Assembly: GCA_007128625.1 (NCBI GenBank)
Contig: SKXC01000080.1
Span: 1-38,593 of the forward strand
Direction: 5' to 3'
Source: Syntrophomonadaceae bacterium
GTDB taxonomy: Bacteria > Bacillota > Dethiobacteria > DTU022
Length of the DNA: 38,593 nucleotides
The notes beneath the pieces were generated by a model. It made no database searches and was not told where the DNA came from. It saw only the letters and a list, made by a program, of their open reading frames with translations. The first letter of the stretch is position 1. Every line of letters starts with the position of its first letter. Of the stretch, positions 1 to 8,915 are shown piece after piece. The translations under genes were made by a program, and so were the position numbers.

Positions 1-47
1 AAAAAATATCCTATTGCCTGCATTTACCGGTTTTGCAATAGGATATT
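1..47 (-). terminator. Intrinsic terminator downstream of the 82..969 minus-strand gene
   Basis: 13-bp inverted repeat AATATCCTATTGC (5-17) / GCAATAGGATATT (35-47). On the minus strand the hairpin runs into a U-tract (plus-strand A1-A6), which is cut by the window edge. Confidence 0.55.
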
Positions 48-81
48 ACAGATGTCTTTTAATTGCAATCTTTAGTAAACT

Positions 82-969
82 TTAAAGGTTTATTTCGATA
101 TCACTTTCTTCCTGGAGCTCTTGTATATGAGCCATAAGAATTCTTTGTTCTTTTTCTTGTTTTTTCTGGACTGCCTTATCCTGACGAAGCTCTTCTTCCA
201 ACTGTGGTTTAATTTCTTCAAAATTATCTTCGTCTAAAAGATATCCGTATTTATCTTCTATTTGTTCTAAATACATTTTAACCTGTTCAGTCGGCACGTC
301 CGGATCATCTTCTTCCAACAATTCTTTTAATTGCGCATACTCTTCACGCATCTGTTGATAACGATTTTCTACTTCCTCTTCACTCAATTCAATATTATCT
401 TGATCAATCCGTTCTTCGGGGTTATCAGCCAGGTATGATTCCAGGTAATATTCCAGGTAATTTTGTATGCTTAATTCCCTGCTAATATCTTCAATTAAAT
501 CATCCCGGGTAATGCCGGCATTTTCCATTGCCTCTTCCAATTGTGCTTCTCCCCCGAATTGGGCGGCATATTCCTGGTAACGTCCTTCAACTTCTTCATC
601 ACTGACTTCTATTCCCTCTTCTTCAGCTTTTTGTTCCAGGAGAATGGGGATGATAAAATAGGTTTCAAGCACCTGTTCTTCCAGTTCTGGCAGCATCTCT
701 GACATCTCATCACTGTCAAGGTCTATCCCCTGCTGCATATACTGCATTTTTTCCTGTTCTAAAGCCTGGTTAAACTCTTCTTCAGTGATTACTTCACCAT
801 TAACTGTGGCTATGATATCTTCATCTTCAAAAATTTCAGTCAAGCCATCGAACAGTCCCAGGAAAGCGCCTAAGCCCAACCCTGCGACAATAACTATGGC
901 AATTGCCATATAGACTGTTTTGCGAGTTATCCTGGCTCCCGCACCGTTTTCTTTTTTTTCGTGATCCAT
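82..969 (-). CDS. Membrane-anchored, extremely acidic protein; SurA-N-terminal-domain / PPIase-less PrsA-like chaperone (function uncertain)
   Basis: 295-aa ORF with an ATG preceded by GGAGG (complement of CCTCC at 976-980). One N-terminal TM helix (VYMAIAIVIVAGLGLGAFLGLF) is followed by a long Glu/Asp-rich helical domain. The family call rests on overall resemblance only. Confidence 0.55.
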   Translation of the reverse strand: MDHEKKENGAGARITRKTVYMAIAIVIVAGLGLGAFLGLFDGLTEIFEDEDIIATVNGEVITEEEFNQALEQEKMQYMQQGIDLDSDEMSEMLPELEEQVLETYFIIPILLEQKAEEEGIEVSDEEVEGRYQEYAAQFGGEAQLEEAMENAGITRDDLIEDISRELSIQNYLEYYLESYLADNPEERIDQDNIELSEEEVENRYQQMREEYAQLKELLEEDDPDVPTEQVKMYLEQIEDKYGYLLDEDNFEEIKPQLEEELRQDKAVQKKQEKEQRILMAHIQELQEESDIEINL

Positions 970-1216
970 ACTTACCTCCTACTGCAAAAAAATTCAGTTT
1001 AGCGTATAATCAGCAAACTGGTTTTCATGATAACAGATAGGATATTTGTTTACAAGGGGGGCGGATAGTGTAAACTTTAGTTATGTTTCGCGGCAGGTTG
1101 ATTTGTGGCACCTGAAAAGATATTTTTATTATATAATGACAGGAGATAGTGGATTTTATGATCAAGAGGCGGGAAATTTTTGTAGGGTGAAAATTAATCT
1201 ACTGGAGGGTGTTTAG

Positions 1217-2071
1217 ATGCCATTAGTCCCATTAGCAAATCTTTTAAAAAAAGCCGACCAGGGCGGCTATGCTCTTGGAGCATTTAATTGCAACAACATG
1301 GAGATAGTTCAAAGTATAGTTACCGCTGCAGAGTTAGAAAACTCACCGGTTATTATCCAGGCCAGCCAGGGAGCAATCAAATATGCCGGGTTGAATTACA
1401 TTATTGCCCTTGCCCGCCAGGCTGCGGAGGGCACGGCCATTCCGGTTGTTTTGCACCTTGACCATGGAACCAGCTTTGATCAGGTAATGCAGTGCATACG
1501 TTTCGGTTTTACTTCGGTTATGTATGACGGTTCCCAATTACCCCTAAAAGAGAATATAGCCCAGACACGAAGGGTGGTGGAGGTAGCCAGGGTTTTCGGG
1601 GTATCGGTAGAAGCAGAGCTTGGGCGTATCGGGGGGACAGAAGATGATATCAGTGTTAGTGAAGCAGATGCTTTTTTTACCGATCCAACTGAAGCTGAAC
1701 AGTTTGTGGCTGAAACTGATGTAGATGCGCTGGCAGTGGCAGTTGGCACCGCCCATGGTCAGTATAAAGGGGAACCAAAGCTTGATTTTGATCGTCTGGC
1801 TGAAATAAACCGGCGTATTTCCTGTCCCATGGTTTTACATGGTTCTTCAGGGGTTCCTGATCAGAGCATTAAGAGGGCCATTGAACTCGGGGTGCGTAAA
1901 ATAAATATCGATACCAATATCCGGGAAGCTTTTGTCGGAGCGATGCGCAGGGTGTTGGCCGGCAATCCCTCTGAAATTGATCCCCGAAAAGTCCTTGGCC
2001 CGGCCCGCGAAGCGGCAGCAGATGTGATTGGTAACAAAATCAGGCTTTTTGGCTCTGCCGGCAAAGTATAA
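1217..2071 (+). CDS. fba: Class II fructose-1,6-bisphosphate aldolase
   Basis: 284 aa with an N-terminus typical of class II aldolases (MPLVPLANLLKKADQGGYALGAFNCNNME). Contains the metal-binding VVLHLDHG and VLHGSSG motifs. GGAGGG RBS lies 7 nt upstream. Confidence 0.9.
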   Translation: MPLVPLANLLKKADQGGYALGAFNCNNMEIVQSIVTAAELENSPVIIQASQGAIKYAGLNYIIALARQAAEGTAIPVVLHLDHGTSFDQVMQCIRFGFTSVMYDGSQLPLKENIAQTRRVVEVARVFGVSVEAELGRIGGTEDDISVSEADAFFTDPTEAEQFVAETDVDALAVAVGTAHGQYKGEPKLDFDRLAEINRRISCPMVLHGSSGVPDQSIKRAIELGVRKINIDTNIREAFVGAMRRVLAGNPSEIDPRKVLGPAREAAADVIGNKIRLFGSAGKV

Positions 2072-2164
2072 TAAATTTTTTGCACCGCTCGAGAAGGATT
2101 TTTTTATTAAACGTCGAAGTAAGGAATCTGGTAGTAAATGTGAGGAAGAAAAGTGAATAATGTA

Positions 2165-2364
2165 CGGATGAACCCGGTGGGAGAGTTCCGATTTTCGGAC
2201 GCCGAAGGTGCAACCTTTCGCTAGGCAGGCGGAAGGGAAACTCTCAGGCTTAAGTACCATTGGGGGACGCATCTCTGGAGAGCACCCGCCAGTACGGGAC
2301 ACCGACGGGGAAAGCCCTTTAATTACTAATTAAAGTAGCAATCTCTCAGGTTATAAGGACAGAG
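2165..2364 (+). promoter_or_regulatory. Tandem glycine riboswitch (two aptamers) controlling the gcv operon
   Basis: Aptamer 1 (about 2165-2262): GGTGGGAGAG..TTCCG/CGGAC hairpin..GCCGAAGGTGCAA..AACTCTCAGGC. Aptamer 2 (about 2271-2364): CTCTGGAGAG..CACCCG/CGGGAC..ACCGACGGGGAAA..ATCTCTCAGG..AAGGACAGAG. Both match the conserved glycine-aptamer core and sit directly upstream of gcvT. Confidence 0.9.
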
Positions 2365-2399
2365 CAAAAGCCAGCGGGCTTTTTCTGTCCTTTGTTTTT
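2357..2399 (+). terminator. Intrinsic terminator acting as expression platform of the glycine riboswitch
   Basis: GGACAGA(GC)AAAAGCC-AGCG-GGCTTTTTCTGTCC gives 7+7 bp with a 2-nt bulge, followed by TTTGTTTTT. The 5' arm (GGACAGAG) is the 3' strand of aptamer-2 P1, so glycine binding should prevent terminator formation (ON switch). Confidence 0.8.
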
Positions 2400-2445
2400 A
2401 TTGTTAAAGATCAAATTTTTAAAAGAAAGGAGGATGGTAAGACTG

Positions 2446-3549
2446 ATGAGTGAACCAAAGAAAACACCTTTTTATGAAAAACATGCTGCACTTGGTGGTA
2501 AGATTGTTGATTATAGCGGGTGGTTTTTACCGGTTCAATTTCCGCAGGGTCTGGTTGAAGAGGTTCATGATACCCGAAAACGGGCGACCATCTTTGATGT
2601 TTCGCACATGGGGGAAGTTGCTGTTGAAGGTAAAGATGCCGAAGCTTATCTGCAAAAGATATTGGTCAATGATATTTCCCGGCTTAAAGACAATGCGATC
2701 ATGTACAGTCCGGTTTGTTATCCGGATGGGGGAGTGGTTGATGACATCCTTATTTATCGCCTTAGCAGCGAAAATTTTTTCCTGGTGGTTAATGCAGCCA
2801 ACACCGACAAAGATTTTGACTGGTTTCAGGAGAATTCTTTTGGTGATGTCAGGCTGCAAAACCTCTCATCTGAATATGCCCAGATTGCCCTTCAGGGGCC
2901 AAATAGTGAAGCAATTTTGCAGGATTTGACTGAAATAAAACTGGCTGATATGAAATTTTATCACTTCTTGAGTGACGTGTCTGTTGCCGGTATAAACTCA
3001 ATTGTGTCGCGAACTGGCTATACCGGTGAGGACGGATTTGAGGTTTACTGTAAAAATGATGGAGCTTCAGCTTTATGGGAGGCGGTATGGGAAGCCGGAC
3101 AGAAAATGAACCTGCGTCCGGCAGGACTGGGAGCCAGGGACGTTTTACGCCTGGAAGCCTCTCTTCCCCTTTATGGCCATGAGTTAAGCAAAGAACTTAC
3201 CCCCCTGCAGGCCGGTTTAAACCGTTTTGTTGCTCTTGACAAGGCTGTAGCATTTAACGGCCAGGAAGCCCTGAAGAAGCAGAAACAGGAAGGGTTTAGC
3301 CGGAAACTGTTTGGTCTGGAGATGCTTGAGCGTGGTGTGCCACGGGAGAATTATCCGGTAAAAGTTGACGAGCAGGAAATTGGTTGGATAAGCAGCGGGA
3401 CTTACTCCCCGACGCTGGATAAGTTCATTGCCATGGCTTTTCTCGATCCCGAAACAGTAAAGCAAACGCAAGAAGTAAGTGTGCTGATCCGAAAACGTTC
3501 ATACCGGGCAAGGATCATAAAATTGCCATTTTACAGGAGGGAACAATAA
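2446..3549 (+). CDS. gcvT: Glycine cleavage system T protein (aminomethyltransferase)
   Basis: The track ORF starts at TTG 2392, inside the terminator T-tract. ATG 2446 follows AAAGGAGG. MSEPKKTPFYEKHAALGGKIVDYSGWFLPVQF is a typical GcvT N-terminus, and the length of 367 aa fits. Confidence 0.93.
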   Translation: MSEPKKTPFYEKHAALGGKIVDYSGWFLPVQFPQGLVEEVHDTRKRATIFDVSHMGEVAVEGKDAEAYLQKILVNDISRLKDNAIMYSPVCYPDGGVVDDILIYRLSSENFFLVVNAANTDKDFDWFQENSFGDVRLQNLSSEYAQIALQGPNSEAILQDLTEIKLADMKFYHFLSDVSVAGINSIVSRTGYTGEDGFEVYCKNDGASALWEAVWEAGQKMNLRPAGLGARDVLRLEASLPLYGHELSKELTPLQAGLNRFVALDKAVAFNGQEALKKQKQEGFSRKLFGLEMLERGVPRENYPVKVDEQEIGWISSGTYSPTLDKFIAMAFLDPETVKQTQEVSVLIRKRSYRARIIKLPFYRREQ

Positions 3550-3950
3550 TGGAATATAAGGTTGTTGATGGTGTTAAGTATACCCAACAGCATGAATGGG
3601 CTCGGCCGGAGGGCAATATTGCTGTTGTGGGCCTGTCTGATTATGCCCAGAACAAACTGGGAGAAATTGTTTTTGTTGAGTTACCCGATATCGGGGCGGC
3701 AGTTGAAGCAGGCAAGAGTGCTGCAGTTATTGAATCGGTTAAAGCAGTGGCCGATCTTTATGCCCCTGTGGATGGAACGGTAACCGAAGTTAACGAAACA
3801 CTGCTTGATCAACCCGAGCTAATCAACCAGGATCCTTACGGCGAAGGCTGGGTTTTTAAAGTGGAGATAAAGGATGAAAGTCAGTTGGCTTCACTAATGG
3901 ATAAGCCTGCTTATGAGGAGTTTATTATTAAAGAAGAAAAGGAGGAATAA
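3549..3950 (+). CDS. gcvH: Glycine cleavage system H protein (lipoyl carrier)
   Basis: 133 aa with the lipoyl-lysine motif AVIESVKAVADLYAP. The start overlaps the gcvT stop (TAATG). RBS is GGAGGG. Confidence 0.95.
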   Translation: MEYKVVDGVKYTQQHEWARPEGNIAVVGLSDYAQNKLGEIVFVELPDIGAAVEAGKSAAVIESVKAVADLYAPVDGTVTEVNETLLDQPELINQDPYGEGWVFKVEIKDESQLASLMDKPAYEEFIIKEEKEE

Positions 3951-3953
3951 AGC

Positions 3954-5303
3954 ATGGGAGGTAAACACTACCTGCCTCTTACCGATGAAGATCGGCAGGA
4001 GATGCTTTCTACGATCGGGGTTAAATCTATAGAAGATCTTTTCAGCGACATCCCGGCTGAAGTACGCCTGCAACGAGAATTAGATTTACCGCCTGCTTTG
4101 TCAGAATTAGAGGCAGTCAAGCATTTAAATTCACTGGCAGCAAAAAACAAACATTTAAACAACTGTATATCGTTTATGGGGGCCGGAGTTTATGACCATT
4201 TTATTCCTTCAGTGATCAAACATATTACCGGCAGAAGCGAATTCTATACTTCTTACACTCCTTATCAGCCTGAAATTAGCCAGGGAGTTTTACAGGCAAT
4301 ATTTGAATATCAAACCATGATTTGCCAGCTAACCGGAATGGATGTAGCCAATGCCTCCATGTATGACGGAGGAACAGCTGTTGCCGAGGGAGCGATCATG
4401 GGTTGTGGGGCAACTCGACGCTCGAAAGCATTGGTTTCACAGGCAGTAAGTCCATTTTACCGGGCGGTGCTAAAGAATTATTTTAACAGCCGGGGTTTGC
4501 CCCTGGAAGAAATACCTCTTAAAGATGGGAAGACCGATTTTGCAAAACTGGAAGAAATGATTGATGATCAGGTTGCTTCTGTAGTATTGCAGCAGCCCAA
4601 CTTTTTTGGTCTGGTTGAAGATTTTGATGGGGTTGCCGATCTGGTTCATAATCACAAGGCAGCCTTGGTCGTTTCTGTTGATCCCCTTTCTCTGCCTTTG
4701 CTTCAGGCACCTGCCGATTACGGGGCCGATATAGTAGTTGGCGAGGGACAAAGCCTGGGTGTGCCCCCCTCTTTTGGCGGTCCTTTGCTTGGGATTATGG
4801 CGGCACGGCAAAGTTTTGTGCGTCAGATGCCCGGACGTATTGCCGGTGAAACAGTAGATAGCGAAGGAAACCGAGGTTTTGTTCTAACCCTGCAGACCAG
4901 GGAGCAGCATATCAGGCGTGAAAAAGCTTCCTCCAACATTTGCTCCAATGAAGCGCTGGTTGCCCTGGCCGCAGCGGTTTACATGGCAGCCATGGGCCCC
5001 CAGGGTATGCACGAGGTTGCCGAGCAGTGCCTGCAAAAAACGGCATATGCCCGTCAGAAAATAACTGCTCTAAGCGGTTTTGAAGCGGCATTCAGCGGCC
5101 ATAATTTTAAAGAGTTTGCCGTTAAAGTACCCGGCAAACCGGAAGATATAAACAAGAAACTGCTCCAGAAAGATATTCTAGGCGGAGTCGATATTTCTCC
5201 GTTTTATCCTGAGCTGGAGAATACGATGCTTTTTGCCGTAACCGAGAAACGAACCCGTGAAGAAATTGATACCCTGGTTCAGGAACTGGAGGGATGGAAA
5301 TGA
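3954..5303 (+). CDS. gcvPA: Glycine dehydrogenase (decarboxylating) subunit 1
   Basis: 449 aa with the typical N-terminus ([14 protein letters not shown]) and the [11 protein letters not shown] motif. RBS is AGGAGG. Confidence 0.95.
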   Translation: MGGKHYLPLTDEDRQEMLSTIGVKSIEDLFSDIPAEVRLQRELDLPPALSELEAVKHLNSLAAKNKHLNNCISFMGAGVYDHFIPSVIKHITGRSEFYTSYTPYQPEISQGVLQAIFEYQTMICQLTGMDVANASMYDGGTAVAEGAIMGCGATRRSKALVSQAVSPFYRAVLKNYFNSRGLPLEEIPLKDGKTDFAKLEEMIDDQVASVVLQQPNFFGLVEDFDGVADLVHNHKAALVVSVDPLSLPLLQAPADYGADIVVGEGQSLGVPPSFGGPLLGIMAARQSFVRQMPGRIAGETVDSEGNRGFVLTLQTREQHIRREKASSNICSNEALVALAAAVYMAAMGPQGMHEVAEQCLQKTAYARQKITALSGFEAAFSGHNFKEFAVKVPGKPEDINKKLLQKDILGGVDISPFYPELENTMLFAVTEKRTREEIDTLVQELEGWK

Positions 5304-6757
5304 GAAAAGCTAAAGCCCTGCTATTTGAAATGGGACGTTCAGGTCGACAGGGATATTCCCTGCCGTCCTGTGATGTGCCGGAGAAACCTGTGGATGAACT
5401 GCTACCAAAAAAAATGCTAAGAACTGAACCACTGGAAATCCCTGAACTTTCAGAGGTGGAAGTAATTCGCCATTACACGGAGCTTTCCACCCGCAACTTC
5501 GGGGTTGATACCGGGTTTTACCCACTTGGTTCGTGTACTATGAAATATAATCCTAAAGTAAACGAAGAGGTAGCTGCCCTGCCCGGTTTTGCCTGCATGC
5601 ACCCCTGCCAGCCCGAACATACTGTCCAGGGAGCCCTGGAGTTGTATTACAACATGGAACAGCATTTAAAAGAGTTAACCGGGATGGAAAGGTTTACCAT
5701 GCAGCCTTCTGCCGGGGCCCATGGCGAGTTGACCGGCTTAATGGTAATCCAGGCCTATCATCGCAACAGGGACGACCATAAACGCAACAAGGTGCTCATT
5801 CCTGTCACAGCTCATGGGACCAACCCGGCCACAGTAACCATGGCCGGTTACGAAGTAGTCCAGATTCCCAGCGATGACCGGGGTAATGTCGATCTGGCAG
5901 CTCTTAAAGAAGCAGTTGATGATACTACCTCAGCCCTGATGTTAACCAATCCGAGTACGCTGGGTCTTTTTGAAGAAGAAATAACCGAGATGGCCAGGGT
6001 GGTCCATGATGCCGGCGGTTTGCTTTACTATGATGGAGCTAACCTTAATGCAATAATGGGGTACGCGCGCCCCGGTGATATGGGTTTTGATGTTGTTCAC
6101 CTTAATATCCATAAAACTTTGTCTACACCACACGGCGGTGGTGGTCCGGGAAGTGGACCGGTCGGCGTTAAAGAAAGGCTGGTACCATACCTGCCGGTTC
6201 CCCTGGTTGGCAAAAAAGGTGATCACTTTTATTTTGACTACGATTTACCGGAAAGTATTGGCAAGGTTCATTCTTTTTACGGTAATTTTGGAGTAGTGAT
6301 CAAGGCTTACAATTATATGCGTATGATGGGAGCTGAAGGCCTTAAGCAGGCTTCCACAGATGCCGTGCTCAACTCCAATTATCTGGCCAGCTTGCTTAAG
6401 AAGACCTACTATATTCCTTATGATAGGATTCGCAAGCACGAATTTGTTGTTTCTGCCAAACCGGAGAAGAAAAAAGGCGCGGGAGCCGGTGATATTGCCA
6501 AGGCCTTACTTGACCGCGGCTTCCACCCGCCCACGGTTTACTTTCCCCTGATTGTAGATGAAGCTTTGATGACTGAGCCGAATGATACCGAGAGTAAAGA
6601 AACTTTGGATGCCTATGCGCAGGCCATGGAAGATATAGCTAAAGACATTGATCAAGATGCAGAAAAAGTGGCAGCCGGTCCTTATCACACTGTAGTCGGA
6701 CGTCTCGACGAGGTGCGTGCAGTTCGTAATCCGATATTACGGTGGGAAAAGAAGTAA
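5300..6757 (+). CDS. gcvPB: Glycine dehydrogenase (decarboxylating) subunit 2 (PLP subunit)
   Basis: The PLP-lysine region is [20 protein letters not shown]. The track start ATG 5294 abuts the RBS GGAGGG (5288-5293), whereas ATG 5300 has 6-nt spacing and forms an ATGA overlap with the gcvPA stop. Either start is possible. Confidence 0.92.
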   Translation: MRKAKALLFEMGRSGRQGYSLPSCDVPEKPVDELLPKKMLRTEPLEIPELSEVEVIRHYTELSTRNFGVDTGFYPLGSCTMKYNPKVNEEVAALPGFACMHPCQPEHTVQGALELYYNMEQHLKELTGMERFTMQPSAGAHGELTGLMVIQAYHRNRDDHKRNKVLIPVTAHGTNPATVTMAGYEVVQIPSDDRGNVDLAALKEAVDDTTSALMLTNPSTLGLFEEEITEMARVVHDAGGLLYYDGANLNAIMGYARPGDMGFDVVHLNIHKTLSTPHGGGGPGSGPVGVKERLVPYLPVPLVGKKGDHFYFDYDLPESIGKVHSFYGNFGVVIKAYNYMRMMGAEGLKQASTDAVLNSNYLASLLKKTYYIPYDRIRKHEFVVSAKPEKKKGAGAGDIAKALLDRGFHPPTVYFPLIVDEALMTEPNDTESKETLDAYAQAMEDIAKDIDQDAEKVAAGPYHTVVGRLDEVRAVRNPILRWEKK

Positions 6758-6873
6758 CTGCCGGATTATAAAACAAAAACATGTCAACTGATCATTTAAA
6801 TGCAGTTTAGTTGTTTCAATCGGCATACTTGATCAAAGATCCGGCATAACAGGCATCTGTTTATGATCAGCAG

Positions 6874-6926
6874 CAGGGGCGGCAGGAAGATTCTACTTGT
6901 TTTTCTGCTTCCCCTGTTTAATATTT
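6874..6926 (+). terminator. Probable (leaky) intrinsic terminator after gcvPB
   Basis: Imperfect ~15-bp hairpin CAGGGGCGGCAGGAAG...TTTTCTGCTTCCCCTG with one mismatch and a few G-U pairs, followed by the T-rich TTTAATATTT. Confidence 0.45.
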
Positions 6927-7044
6927 CAGCTTATAATATTTTAAAGAAATTGGTGCATCCATTCAAGCCCAGTAGTAATTGCGCTGATTTAACTTGAGTT
7001 AATCATTTAACCGGCAGGCTTATAAAAACCTGGAGGGCAGCTGT

Positions 7045-7932
7045 ATGCAGCAAAAAAAATGGCAAGCGGGCAATCAATTGGAAAGAATATTGAATCAAGC
7101 CTGGCAGAAGCGGCAGGCTAACTTTCCTGACACCATTGAATTTGTTACTCCAGGCCGCACTTTACCGGTGAGTGTAACCGGAACTGCCTGTTCTTTAAAC
7201 TGTGCCCACTGTTCCGGGGTTTATCTGCGTAATATGGTTTCGTTAAATACAACCCTTGCCGGTCCGGCAGGAGAGGAGAGCAGTTACCTGGTTTCGGGTG
7301 GATCTGATAAGCACGGCAGGGTGCCTCTGCTGGATAACTGGACTAAATTAAAAAAACTGGCTGAACGGGGGCCTCTAAACCTTCATACCGGCCTGGTAAA
7401 TGAAGAAGAGGCCCGTCAGCTGGCTGATGTAGCTGCTGTAGTTTCCTTTGATTTTGTCGGGGACAATGATACCATTGCTGCAGTTTATGGTTTACCGGTT
7501 ACGGTTGAGGATTACCTGGATTCATATCGATTCCTGCAGAAGTATTCCAGGGTAATTCCCCATCTTTGTATTGGGCTTAATAAAGGGAGGATAAAAAGTG
7601 AATACGAGGCTCTTCAAATGCTCAGACAGGAAAAGGTGGAAGCGATCAGTATGATCATATTTCGGCCCACAGCGGAAACTGCATTTAGCGATTGCTTGCC
7701 ACCACCCCCGGAAGAGGTGGCTTATTTTATTGCTTCCGCTCGCCTCATGTTTCCACATACGCCTCTTTATCTCGGCTGCATGCGTCCCGGTGGGCGTTAC
7801 CGTGAACAGGTAGATGTTTATGCACTTAAAGCAGGAGTAAACAAGATTGTTATCCCTTCACCTGCAGCTCGCAGACAGGTGATCCGGCTTGGCCTAACAG
7901 TTAGCCTTTCCGAGGAGTGTTGTTCCCTATGA
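7045..7932 (+). CDS. Radical SAM protein, non-LipA; candidate LipS1/LipS2-type lipoyl synthase subunit
   Basis: 295 aa with a single CxxxCxxC motif (TACSLNCAHCSG) near the N-terminus and further conserved-looking Cys (LGCMRPGG, C-terminal EECCSL). RBS is GGAGGG. The stop overlaps the next start (ATGA). It lacks the LipA CX4CX5C and RSSY signatures. Confidence 0.6.
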   Translation: MQQKKWQAGNQLERILNQAWQKRQANFPDTIEFVTPGRTLPVSVTGTACSLNCAHCSGVYLRNMVSLNTTLAGPAGEESSYLVSGGSDKHGRVPLLDNWTKLKKLAERGPLNLHTGLVNEEEARQLADVAAVVSFDFVGDNDTIAAVYGLPVTVEDYLDSYRFLQKYSRVIPHLCIGLNKGRIKSEYEALQMLRQEKVEAISMIIFRPTAETAFSDCLPPPPEEVAYFIASARLMFPHTPLYLGCMRPGGRYREQVDVYALKAGVNKIVIPSPAARRQVIRLGLTVSLSEECCSL

Positions 7933-8885
7933 TTCGTGTCTCGGCCGGAACTGCCGCTTGTATGGGTTTAACTCCTAATAAAATGGATGCTTATCCGAAA
8001 ACAGCATACCTTCTTTCCGGAAACAGCTGCCTGATGAATTGTTCTTTTTGTCCCCAGGGAACAGGGAAAAACGAAGGACTCAACCGGTTGGGCCGGGTTA
8101 CCTGGCCTGAATTCCCCTGGGCAGATGTTAATGATAGTTTAATTAATGCCGAAAAAAAAGGCTTCAGGCGAATCTGTCTCCAATCAGTCAGACATCGGGA
8201 TGGAATTGAAACCCTGCTGGGATTAATTGACCGCTTAAAACAATGGTCAAAACTGCCAATTTCGCTTTCAGCCTGGATCCAGGATGAAAAAGAAGCGGTT
8301 TCGCTAATTGAGGCCGGTGTAGAAAGGATCGGTCTTTCACTTGATGTGGTCAATCCATCGGCTTACCAAGAATTAAAAGGTGGTTCTCTGGATGAACGTC
8401 TTGATTTGCTGCTTAACTGTGCCCAAAATCTGCCCGCACGAATAAGCACTCACATAATATGTGGTCTTGGTGAAAGCGAAGCGGAAGTTCTTTCGCTGAT
8501 CGATAAGCTGGTGGAAGCCAAAGTGACAGTAGCACTTTTTGCCTTTGTGCCCCTCAAAGGGACTCCGCTGGGAAAATGGATTTCACCGGCTGTAGATTCA
8601 TACCGCAGAATACAGGCCGGCTGTTTTTTACTGCGTTCGAACTCAGCGCGTTTATCATCTTTTGAATTTGAAAAGGGGCGCCTGGTGTCATTTGGAATCC
8701 CTGCTCAGCAGTTAAAATTACTTTTAGCTGACGGATCAGCTTTTCAGACCAGCGGCTGCCCGGATTGCAACCGTCCTTTTTACAATGAACGACCTGGTGG
8801 TATAATCTATAATTATCACAGGGGGCTTAATAAAGATGAAATTGAAAAAGTCTTAAAAGAACTACTCGATTCATTGAAAAAGTAG
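7929..8885 (+). CDS. Radical SAM protein, non-LipA; candidate LipS1/LipS2-type lipoyl synthase subunit (second member of the pair)
   Basis: CxxxCxxC motif (NSCLMNCSFCPQG) plus a C-terminal CPDC. The track start is GTG 7917, but ATG 7929 gives an ATGA overlap with the upstream stop and GAGGAG at 11 nt. Length is 318 aa. Confidence 0.6.
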   Translation: MIRVSAGTAACMGLTPNKMDAYPKTAYLLSGNSCLMNCSFCPQGTGKNEGLNRLGRVTWPEFPWADVNDSLINAEKKGFRRICLQSVRHRDGIETLLGLIDRLKQWSKLPISLSAWIQDEKEAVSLIEAGVERIGLSLDVVNPSAYQELKGGSLDERLDLLLNCAQNLPARISTHIICGLGESEAEVLSLIDKLVEAKVTVALFAFVPLKGTPLGKWISPAVDSYRRIQAGCFLLRSNSARLSSFEFEKGRLVSFGIPAQQLKLLLADGSAFQTSGCPDCNRPFYNERPGGIIYNYHRGLNKDEIEKVLKELLDSLKK

Positions 8886-8915
8886 ACTTTTCAATTGATG
8901 AAGGAGGACTCAGCT

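Noticed and set aside
1343-2302. Nested or antisense ORFs of 60-150 aa inside fba and across the glycine riboswitch (1343..1537, 1480..1749, 1544..1756, 1847..2302, 1861..2085). Analogous nested ORFs sit inside essentially every long gene in the track, for example 2450..2929, 4470..4811, 9918..10292, 10697..11059, 11056..11358, 15133..15529, 21653..21922, 34327..34737 and 35137..35442.
   Set aside because: They lie within or opposite genes with strong family signatures. They lack RBSs, have low-complexity or biased composition (Ser/Pro/Arg-rich mirror-frame translations) and show no recognisable motifs. ORF 1847..2302 additionally runs antisense through the riboswitch.
2392-2445. N-terminal extensions proposed by the ORF track for gcvT (2392), the NuoF-like gene (12873), the lipoate ligase (8895), the second radical-SAM gene (7917), the MtnX-like gene (18021), the small Cys protein (21190), the ykoF-like gene (28208), ltaE (29958), the FmdB-like gene (32733) and the pntA part 2 gene (37315).
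   Set aside because: In each case the longest-ORF start lies upstream of or on top of the Shine-Dalgarno sequence, or inside a terminator or riboswitch (gcvT, ykoF-like), or inside the preceding gene. A downstream ATG/TTG with 6-12-nt SD spacing gives an N-terminus typical of the family.
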